NCBI GenBank assembly: GCA_964432985.1
Contig: CAYSPT010000002.1
Span: forward strand, 45,337-109,336
Length of the DNA: 64,000 bases
Reading direction: 5' to 3'
Source of the DNA: an uncultured bacterium
GTDB lineage: Bacteria > Muiribacteriota > CAYSPT01
Part shown: piece after piece, positions 37,080 through 44,277 of the stretch
How positions within the stretch are numbered: the stretch's first letter is position 1
Layout: the number at the start of each line of letters is the position of its first letter
The notes under the pieces: model-generated
Told to the model about the DNA's origin: nothing
Databases searched by the model: none
Seen by the model: only the letters and a program-made list of their open reading frames with translations
Program-made: the position numbers and the translations under genes

Positions 37080-37778
37080 TTACCGCCTCCTCTGTGACAG
37101 CAGAAATTCAGCTACCGTCATATCTTCGAGGTATGTCACCTTGATGTTCCACGGCTCCCCCGGCACCACCCACACCGGGTTTCCGGCAGCTTCTACAACC
37201 ATCGAGTCATCGGTAAACTGGGAGGTCTGGCCGGGACGAAGGCTCTGATAGGCTGAGACAAGCGTTGAGCGGGGAAATACTTGAGGAGTTTGCACCTCAA
37301 CCAGTTCACGTCGGTCAAGTGTTGTGGTTACCCGGTGGTCGGCAGAGCACTGTTTTATGGTTCCCCTGGGCGGTATTCCCGGCACGGTACACCGTCCCTT
37401 CCGTGCTTCTTCCACTAACCGATTGACGAGACCACGGCTGGCCAGTGGACGGACCCCATCATGAACTGCCACCACATCGACCGCAGGGTCAACGGCATCC
37501 AATCCGGCCAGAACAGAATCGCTCCGCTCACTTCCACCGGATACCACCGCAGCCAGCTTGTCTGCAGGACAAAACGGGGCTACGGCTTCTCTGAACAGCG
37601 CGTCATCCCCGGGAGGAATGACCACTACCACCGAATCGATCAACTCGGCTGTCTGCAGGGCCATAATTGACCAGGCCAGCAGTGGACGCCCAGCCACCGG
37701 ACAATATTGTTTAGGCGTAGGACCGCCAAACCGGCTGCCCCGGCCACCAGCAACAATTATCCCTACAGTACCAGACAT
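37080..37778 (-). CDS. ispD: 2-C-methyl-D-erythritol 4-phosphate cytidylyltransferase
   Basis: GIIVAGGRGSRFG...PKQY at the N-terminus and VAVHDGVRP. The length matches IspD. Confidence 0.9.
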   Translation of the reverse strand: MSGTVGIIVAGGRGSRFGGPTPKQYCPVAGRPLLAWSIMALQTAELIDSVVVVIPPGDDALFREAVAPFCPADKLAAVVSGGSERSDSVLAGLDAVDPAVDVVAVHDGVRPLASRGLVNRLVEEARKGRCTVPGIPPRGTIKQCSADHRVTTTLDRRELVEVQTPQVFPRSTLVSAYQSLRPGQTSQFTDDSMVVEAAGNPVWVVPGEPWNIKVTYLEDMTVAEFLLSQRRR

Positions 37779-37867
37779 GACAGGTGCTCCCTCGTTACTA
37801 AAAAATCAACCAGCCCCAACAGTATCAGACATGATCAATGCTCCCTCGTTGCTACAAAATCAACCAG
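37761..37867 (-). repeat. tandem duplication (53 bp x2, about 85% identity) of the ispA-stop/ispD-start junction
   Basis: 37761-37813 (ccctacagtaccagacatgacaggtgctccctcgttactaaaaaatcaaccag) versus 37815-37867 (cccaacagtatcagacatgatcaatgctccctcgttgctacaaaatcaaccag). Confidence 0.9.
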
Positions 37868-38740
37868 TTTCAGAAGCTCAACTGCCCGATCATCGTATAC
37901 AGACAATTCGTCCCTTGCGCGCTGGCGAAGAGTATTCAGAATACATCTGGTTTCATCAATACCGACTACTCCCGGATAGGTGGCCTTCGATTTCCGTTTA
38001 TCGGAACCGGCAGTCTTCCCCAGGGCCCTCGTACTACCTTCCACATCAAGCAGGTCGTCCTTGACTTGAAAAAGCAGACCCAATTCGCCGCCGAAGCGTT
38101 CCATCCTGCCGATATCTTCCGCTGCGGCACCGGCAACAAGCGGTCCCACCATGGTACAGAAACGGATCAATTCGCCGGTTTTGTGGGAATGTATGTACTG
38201 CACCACCGGAAGAGGAATATCTTTTTCTTCGGACTCCATGTCCACTATCTGTCCTCCGACCAGCCCCAGACTGCCCGCGGCCATGCAAAGCCGTTCTACC
38301 AGCCGGCAGGCTGTTTCAGGCGGAATACCGGCCTTTCTCGATCCCTCTGACAGAATCCCAAACGCTGCAGTCAGCAGGGCGTCACCGGCCAAAACCGCCA
38401 CCGCTTCGCCGTAGACCTTGTGACATGTCGGCTTTCCCCGGCGCAGCTCATCATCATCCATGCACGGCAAATCATCGTGAATAAGGCTGTAGGTGTGCAG
38501 TACTTCGACCGCCGCCGCGGCAGGAAGAAGGGTTTCGTCGGCAACGCCAAACATACGCCCGGTGCAAAATACGAGTGAAGGACGAACTCTTTTACCTCCA
38601 GAAAACAATGAGTAATGCATTGCCTCATGAATGCGAGAGGGATAACGATCCGGAGCCGGTATCCAGGTCTTGAGATATGTTTCAACCATATCCAGACTAC
38701 CGGCAAAGAGTTCATCGAGACCCATATCAGATCTCTTCAT
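37835..38740 (-). CDS. ispA: polyprenyl (farnesyl/geranylgeranyl) diphosphate synthase
   Basis: FARM motif LIHDDLPCMDDDELRRGKPT and SARM motif VKDDLLD. Confidence 0.85.
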   Translation of the reverse strand: MKRSDMGLDELFAGSLDMVETYLKTWIPAPDRYPSRIHEAMHYSLFSGGKRVRPSLVFCTGRMFGVADETLLPAAAAVEVLHTYSLIHDDLPCMDDDELRRGKPTCHKVYGEAVAVLAGDALLTAAFGILSEGSRKAGIPPETACRLVERLCMAAGSLGLVGGQIVDMESEEKDIPLPVVQYIHSHKTGELIRFCTMVGPLVAGAAAEDIGRMERFGGELGLLFQVKDDLLDVEGSTRALGKTAGSDKRKSKATYPGVVGIDETRCILNTLRQRARDELSVYDDRAVELLKLVDFVATREH

Positions 38741-39161
38741 TATCGTTTAAAGGCGATACCGGATCTTTAAGATCCAGTACTGGATCTTTGCGGACCAGTG
38801 GAGTTGTCGTCATCTCTTCCGTCCCGGATTCTTTCGTCCTATCTTCCTTTTTGATGAGCTTTTCTATCGTACCCTGGGCCTCATCCAATTTACCGCTGCA
38901 AACCTCCGCCAGTTTCATTCCCCGTTCAAACTGCGCGATGGCTTCTTCAAGCGGAAGCGTTTCAGTTTCGATGTGCTGCACGATAGTCTCAAGCTCCTCC
39001 ATGGCTTCTTCAAAAGACAGTAGGTCTTCAGTCATCTGGTCTTCACCATCCTGTTTGGTATTTTCCCGGACCGAACCGGACTCTCCTGGTCCCAACCCCG
39101 TTATTTCTTCATCGATTATTTCTTCATTGAAAAAAGGTAACCCACCCTGATGCTCGCTCAC
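38727..39161 (-). CDS. xseB: exodeoxyribonuclease VII small subunit with N- and C-terminal extensions
   Basis: The core SFEEAMEELETIVQHIETETLPLEEAIAQFERGMKLAEVCSGKLDEAQGTIEKL matches XseB. A shorter start at ATG 39035 is possible. It overlaps the ispA start by 14 nt. Confidence 0.8.
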   Translation of the reverse strand: MSEHQGGLPFFNEEIIDEEITGLGPGESGSVRENTKQDGEDQMTEDLLSFEEAMEELETIVQHIETETLPLEEAIAQFERGMKLAEVCSGKLDEAQGTIEKLIKKEDRTKESGTEEMTTTPLVRKDPVLDLKDPVSPLNDNEEI

Positions 39162-39203
39162 CCTACCTGCTCCCCTCTTAACCTCGCTGTAAACGTACGC
39201 GAA

Positions 39204-40508
39204 TTATTCGGGATAAGTACAGCGTGATACGCTGCCAATAAAACTTCCGTCTCTGACCTGCACCTGCACTTCGCTGCCCGGGGCCAGATCATGCACCGAG
39301 TTAACAACCGACCTCTCCGGATACCGGAGACATATTGCATAGCCACGCTTCAAAACATTGCCTGGATCGAGGGCCGTCAAACGATTTACCGACATTTCCA
39401 GAGAATGTCGGGAAGAGTAAATACGTTCCTCGACTGCGCTGGACAAACGGCCATAGCCACGGACTAAAGCGTCACGTTGCGTTTCTACCCGGGTTCTGGT
39501 GCTCCTGATCATTCGGGACTCGAGCTCAACCACCCGGGATCTCAAGCCGTCAAGAGTTCGGGACATTCGCCGTTTAAGATTGGCCAGGTCCTTCTCCCGG
39601 ACCCTCTGGCGCGCACGCTGGAGCAGGGAATAAATTCCCGAGACGGTACGCTGCTTGAGCGATGACACCGACTGATGTAATTTCCACTTCTCCATCACAG
39701 CCAGTTCCGCGGCCGCAGAAGGAGTCGAGGCACGAAGATCGGAGACAAAATCGATAATAGTAAAATCTGTTTCATGCCCCACACCGCTGATAACCGGTAC
39801 GGGACACGCGGCCACCGCCCGGGCGACCTCTTCGGTGTTGAAAGCCCAGAGCTCCTCAATAGAGCCTCCACCCCGCGAAACAATCATGGTGTCTACCTGT
39901 CCCCACCGGGCACACGCCCGTATCGCGGCGGCTATAGAAGGCGGTGCCATGTCTCCCTGGACCAGGCAGGGGGACACCAGCACTTCAATATTGGGAAACC
40001 GCCTCTTGAGAACATTGAGGATATCACGCAGCGCCGCCGCAGTCTCAGATGTAACAACACCGATTCTCCGAGGGAAAGCGGGAATTCGTCTCTTGCGGGT
40101 CTCGTCGAACAATCCCTCTTCCTGGAGCTTCTTCTTGAGTTTTTCAAAAGCCAGGTAAAGGGACCCCAGTCCCTCCGGCTGCATCCGGTTCACGTACAAC
40201 TGGTATTCGCCCCGCACATCGTACACGCCGATGTATCCGTGGGCGATAACCTTCATGCCGTCAGCCGGTTCAAACGTGACGGAGCGGCTGCTGCGACGGA
40301 ACATCACACATCTCAGAACGCTCCTCGCATCTTTCAAGGTAAAATAAAAATGCCCGGAAGCCAGGTGGTGTTTAAAATTCGATATTTCTCCTGATATTTC
40401 CAGGTTGGCCAGAACGGAATCGTTTTCGAGAAGAGTCTTTACCCGCCGGTTGACCTCACTGACAGACAGGACCCTGCGGCTATCCGGATGTAGCCGGTCG
40501 GGTTTCAC
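39204..40508 (-). CDS. xseA: exodeoxyribonuclease VII large subunit
   Basis: OB-fold N-terminus (LSVSEVNRRVKTLLE...EISNFKHHLASGHFYFTLKD), catalytic core (VVTSETAAALRDI, SRGGGSIEELW) and a coiled-coil tail. The GTG start overlaps the upstream stop (GTGA). Confidence 0.9.
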   Translation of the reverse strand: MKPDRLHPDSRRVLSVSEVNRRVKTLLENDSVLANLEISGEISNFKHHLASGHFYFTLKDARSVLRCVMFRRSSRSVTFEPADGMKVIAHGYIGVYDVRGEYQLYVNRMQPEGLGSLYLAFEKLKKKLQEEGLFDETRKRRIPAFPRRIGVVTSETAAALRDILNVLKRRFPNIEVLVSPCLVQGDMAPPSIAAAIRACARWGQVDTMIVSRGGGSIEELWAFNTEEVARAVAACPVPVISGVGHETDFTIIDFVSDLRASTPSAAAELAVMEKWKLHQSVSSLKQRTVSGIYSLLQRARQRVREKDLANLKRRMSRTLDGLRSRVVELESRMIRSTRTRVETQRDALVRGYGRLSSAVEERIYSSRHSLEMSVNRLTALDPGNVLKRGYAICLRYPERSVVNSVHDLAPGSEVQVQVRDGSFIGSVSRCTYPE

Positions 40509-41527
40509 TCCTTGGTCTCCTTACTCTTTTTGGGAGAGAACTGCTTTTTGAGCGAGGGATTGAGAGCAAACACGGCCCGCCTGATCAGGCGGGCGAGAGG
40601 ATGTGTGCTCAATTCCACGTTAAATGTCCAGGTGTCTTTATCGATGGTAATGATCCGGGACTTGTTGATCTTACCCTCCAGACTCATCAGCTGCCACAGG
40701 ATGATGAGCGAACCTGCCAGGAAAAAGCACATCATGATAAACATGAGTACCGCCATCCCCTTGCTGGCAAAATGAGCGAACTTGTTAACGATGATCAGGA
40801 TGGTAACCAGAAGAAATAATCCCAGGGTAGCAGTGCCCAGATGAAGGAAAAAGTTCTCGAACTTCTGATTACTGGAGATAAGTTCCCTCCTGATGGACTC
40901 TTCACGCTTCTTTTTGCGCAGGATGGCCTGGTGGCGAATTTCTTCCTTCTGTTTCTGGTCGGCTTTTCGCAGCTCCACCTCCTCGGGTGTGAGCATTTCA
41001 CCTTCAAACTCCACCAACCCTATCTGGGTTGACGCTTCTTTGCGGATTTTTTCCCGCAGCAGCGCTTCAGCTTTTCTTTTTTCCTCCTCCAAGCGGCGCC
41101 GTTCATCTTCCTTGAGACGTTCGGCGGTGTCACGTTTTCTGAATTCATCCTGCTGCTTCAACTCGTATTCTCTTACCCGCTTGGCTTCTTCCAGACGCGT
41201 AAGTTCCTGCTGCCTGATATGCTCCTTTTCATCTTCAGTCAGAAGGCTCAGGTCCACCTCGGGAACAGCATCAGGTTTTTCCTTCTCCGCGAGTTTCCTC
41301 CGCTCATCTTCCCGGAACTTCTTTCTCTGATGTATTCTTTGAAGCGATTTTTCAGCAGCGGCCTGGAGTACGAAATTTTCATCATCAAGGACTTTTTCCA
41401 GGGCACCCTCAACTTCTTCCCCGTCGAAGCGGCCCATTTCCCGAGCGGCTTCAACTCTGTCCCCCTGGCTGTCGGACTCGATCATTTCGAGATATTTTTG
41501 CATGTCTTCCCGGTCACGATCGGACAT
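40505..41527 (-). CDS. hypothetical protein: HEAT-like N-terminus, E/K/R coiled coil, 2 TM, C-terminal bPH-like region (tentative)
   Basis: 340-aa ORF translationally coupled to xseA. Residues about 70-215 are highly charged. It has two hydrophobic helices (LGLFLLVTILIIV, VLMFIMMCFFLAGSLIIL). No firm family assignment. Confidence 0.6.
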   Translation of the reverse strand: MSDRDREDMQKYLEMIESDSQGDRVEAAREMGRFDGEEVEGALEKVLDDENFVLQAAAEKSLQRIHQRKKFREDERRKLAEKEKPDAVPEVDLSLLTEDEKEHIRQQELTRLEEAKRVREYELKQQDEFRKRDTAERLKEDERRRLEEEKRKAEALLREKIRKEASTQIGLVEFEGEMLTPEEVELRKADQKQKEEIRHQAILRKKKREESIRRELISSNQKFENFFLHLGTATLGLFLLVTILIIVNKFAHFASKGMAVLMFIMMCFFLAGSLIILWQLMSLEGKINKSRIITIDKDTWTFNVELSTHPLARLIRRAVFALNPSLKKQFSPKKSKETKE

Positions 41528-41544
41528 AGTTACGAATCCCCCTA

Positions 41545-42891
41545 TCAGCTTACCTTCATTATCTGGGAAATAAACCCGGTGGAAAATTTGCCCTGTCTGA
41601 AATGCCTGTTAGCGAGAATTTTCAGGTGGAAGGGGATGGTCGAGGCTATTCCTTCTATCTCGAACTCACGCAGCGCCCGCGCCATTCTATCGATGGCTTC
41701 CGGACGGGAATGATCCCACGCGATCAGTTTGCAGATCATCGAGTCATAGTTCGGCGGTATGGAATATCCGGTGGTGACAAAGGTGTCCAGCCGAATACCC
41801 GGGCCTCCCGGTGGTTTGAATTTATCCAGTGTCCCTGCGGACGGCAGAAACCCCTTAGTGTAATCTTCAGCGTTGATCCGGCATTCGATCGAATGCCCCC
41901 TGAGAAACAACTCGTCCTGGCGGTAACTGAGTTTCTCTCCGGCGGCAACCCTGATCTGTTCCCGAACGATATCCACACCCGTTACCATTTCAGTCACCGG
42001 GTGCTCGACCTGCAGCCTGGTATTCATTTCCATAAAGTAATAGTTGTTCTCCTTATCGAGCAGGAATTCCATGGTCCCTACGTTCTGGTACCCGATATGG
42101 GCCGCTCCAGCCAGGGCCGCGCGCCCCATGTCCCTGCGCAAATCTCTGTTTACCGCCGGGCTCGGAGACTCCTCGATAAGCTTCTGGTGCCGCCTCTGTA
42201 TGGAACATTCCCGCTCCCCCAGGTGTATGCTGTTGCCATATTTGTCGGCGATAATCTGAAACTCGATATGACGACTCTCTTCAACGTATTTCTCCAGATA
42301 AAGCCGGCCATCTCCAAAGGCGGCCTGTGATTCGGCGCTGGCAGTTTCGAAAGCCCGGGCTGTTTCAGATACGTCGTTGACAACCCGCATTCCCTTTCCG
42401 CCGCCGCCGGAAGAGGCCTTGAGAATCACCGGACATCCTATTTCCTCGATGAGATTCTGCGCTTCCTGAGCCGATTTGAGAGGTTCGAGTGAACCGGGAA
42501 TAAGGGGGACACCGGCACCGTGCATGGTTTTCCGGGCAAGCGACTTGTCACCCATCTTGTGTATGTTTTCTCTGCTCGGGCCGATAAACACCAGTCCGTG
42601 GTCTTCGCAGATCTCCACAAACCGGGCGTTTTCCGCAAGAAATCCATACCCGGGATGAACTGCGTCACATCCGGTGATTTCGGCGGCGCTTATTATGTTG
42701 GGCATGTACAGATAACTCTGGGTACTGGGAGGAGGACCAATACATACGGTTTCATCAGCCAGATCAAGATAGGGGGCATTGCGGTCAGCTTGAGAATAAA
42801 TCCCCACCGTTTGGATATCCAGCTCCTTGCAGGCACGAATGATTCTGAGTGCTATCTCTCCACGATTAGCAACCAGCACTTTTTTAAACAT
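41545..42891 (-). CDS. accC: acetyl-CoA carboxylase biotin carboxylase subunit
   Basis: MFKKVLVANRGEIALRIIRACKEL, ATP-grasp GGGGKGMRVV, and colinear over about 448 aa. ATG 42891 lies 1 nt after the accB stop. Confidence 0.95.
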   Translation of the reverse strand: MFKKVLVANRGEIALRIIRACKELDIQTVGIYSQADRNAPYLDLADETVCIGPPPSTQSYLYMPNIISAAEITGCDAVHPGYGFLAENARFVEICEDHGLVFIGPSRENIHKMGDKSLARKTMHGAGVPLIPGSLEPLKSAQEAQNLIEEIGCPVILKASSGGGGKGMRVVNDVSETARAFETASAESQAAFGDGRLYLEKYVEESRHIEFQIIADKYGNSIHLGERECSIQRRHQKLIEESPSPAVNRDLRRDMGRAALAGAAHIGYQNVGTMEFLLDKENNYYFMEMNTRLQVEHPVTEMVTGVDIVREQIRVAAGEKLSYRQDELFLRGHSIECRINAEDYTKGFLPSAGTLDKFKPPGGPGIRLDTFVTTGYSIPPNYDSMICKLIAWDHSRPEAIDRMARALREFEIEGIASTIPFHLKILANRHFRQGKFSTGFISQIMKVS

Positions 42892-42892
42892 G

Positions 42893-43354
42893 TTACCGCG
42901 TCCTCTCATCCGATTCCTCACACCGTATGGAAATAAGCGGAGTCCCATACTCAACCGGGGAACCGTCATCAGTCAGCATGGTTTCGATTACGCCGTTACA
43001 GCCCGAGCGCACCAGGTGCTCGACATCCATGGCTTCGACCATGCACAGGACTTGCCCCTTTTTGACCGGATCACCCTTTCGCAGTGTTTTGTAGACATCG
43101 GATACGGCGGTGGAGAAAAAGACTCCGACGAAAGGCGACGTAACAATATGTGCCTCTTTCTCCTGATCCTCTATCTCGGTGGAATCAGACTCAGGAATGT
43201 ATTCCGCTTGCGCCACGGTGTCTGGAATGACGTTCAGGGTTTCTCCCCTGACCAGCCGTAAACTCCACCGGGGTGTTTTCATGTCGACAAATTGAAGATC
43301 GTTTTCTTCCAGAAAATGCAGCACCCTGGTAATATCTTTTCCGGGAAAACTCAT
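42893..43354 (-). CDS. accB: biotin carboxyl carrier protein homolog lacking the biotinyl-lysine
   Basis: HIVTSPFVGVFF...GDPVKKGQVLCMVEAMDVEHLVRSGCNGVIETMLTDDGSPVEYGTPLISI is colinear with the BCCP lipoyl-like domain. The EAMKM motif reads EAMDV, with a GAT codon at 43027-43025. Confidence 0.8.
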   Translation of the reverse strand: MSFPGKDITRVLHFLEENDLQFVDMKTPRWSLRLVRGETLNVIPDTVAQAEYIPESDSTEIEDQEKEAHIVTSPFVGVFFSTAVSDVYKTLRKGDPVKKGQVLCMVEAMDVEHLVRSGCNGVIETMLTDDGSPVEYGTPLISIRCEESDERTR

Positions 43355-43914
43355 TTGGCTACCCTCTCTACGTAATCACCTGTGCCGGTGTTTATTTTTA
43401 GAGTATCCCCTTCATTGATGAAAAGAGGAACATTGACCACCAGACCGGTTTCCAACGTCGCCGGCTTGCTGCCCCCTGAAACAGTGTCTCCCTTTACTCC
43501 GGGCACCGTCGACGAAACCTCAAGCTCTACAAAGGTCGGCAACTCTACACCTATGATCTTTCCCTCATAGAACTGCAGCAGTATTTCGACATTCTCTTTG
43601 AGATAGGATTTTTCCCCCTCCAGTGCGGAAGACGGAAGAAATATCTGTTCGTAGTTATCATTATCCATGAAACAGTAATCTTCACCCGTAAAATACAGGT
43701 ACTGGGCAGTTTTCGATTCAACGATGGCTTGCTTCATTTTCTCCCCGGCCCGGAAGGTGCGTTCGAGCACCTGCCCGGTCCGTCGGTTCTTCAATTTAGT
43801 TCTGACAAAGGCCGCACCCTTACCCGGTTTGACATGCTGAAAATCAACCAGCCTAAAAAGGGTTCCGTCAAAATCGAGCGTTATTCCTGTCTTGAAATCA
43901 GCAGTAGAGATCAT
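43351..43914 (-). CDS. efp: elongation factor P
   Basis: MISTADFKTGITLDFDGTLFRLVDFQHVKPGKGAAFVRTKLKN contains the KPGKG loop. The 187-aa length is typical. Confidence 0.95.
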   Translation of the reverse strand: MISTADFKTGITLDFDGTLFRLVDFQHVKPGKGAAFVRTKLKNRRTGQVLERTFRAGEKMKQAIVESKTAQYLYFTGEDYCFMDNDNYEQIFLPSSALEGEKSYLKENVEILLQFYEGKIIGVELPTFVELEVSSTVPGVKGDTVSGGSKPATLETGLVVNVPLFINEGDTLKINTGTGDYVERVAK

Positions 43915-43938
43915 TAAACAGTCATCCTCTCAATACGT

Positions 43939-43958
43939 GCGCATGCAATCGCATGCGC
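43939..43958 (-). promoter_or_regulatory. GC-rich hairpin in the predicted efp leader
   Basis: gcgcatgc-aatc-gcatgcgc is a perfect 8-bp inverted repeat. It is embedded in GTGCG/GCATGC-rich low-complexity sequence (43935-43990), 25-45 nt upstream of the efp ATG. Confidence 0.4.
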
Positions 43959-44029
43959 GCCTACGTGCGAATGTGCGTATGCATACATATACTATAGCTT
44001 TATAGATTAATAACAAATTTTATGTGAAG

Positions 44030-44059
44030 TATTATACTGAAATGAGGCACAGTGGCGCA
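44030..44059 (-). promoter_or_regulatory. putative sigma-70 promoter for efp-accBC...
   Basis: On the minus strand: TTGCGC (44059-44054), 18-nt spacer, TATAAT (44035-44030). Confidence 0.35.
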
Positions 44060-44277
44060 ACTCTCTCCTTTCAACACTTACAGATGCGGAGATTTCCACG
44101 ATAGCCGGAAACTTCCTATCTTGCCTGTATGACATGATTCAGTAACAGTGCCAAACAGTCCCTCACTTTCTACACATGCAGAGTCGAGGGTGGCAACGGA
44201 AGCATTGAACGGTGATTGTCTTTCTGGTGGGCGTAGCAACCACCAACGAGAAGTTATCCACAGTCTTGATGCTCGGA

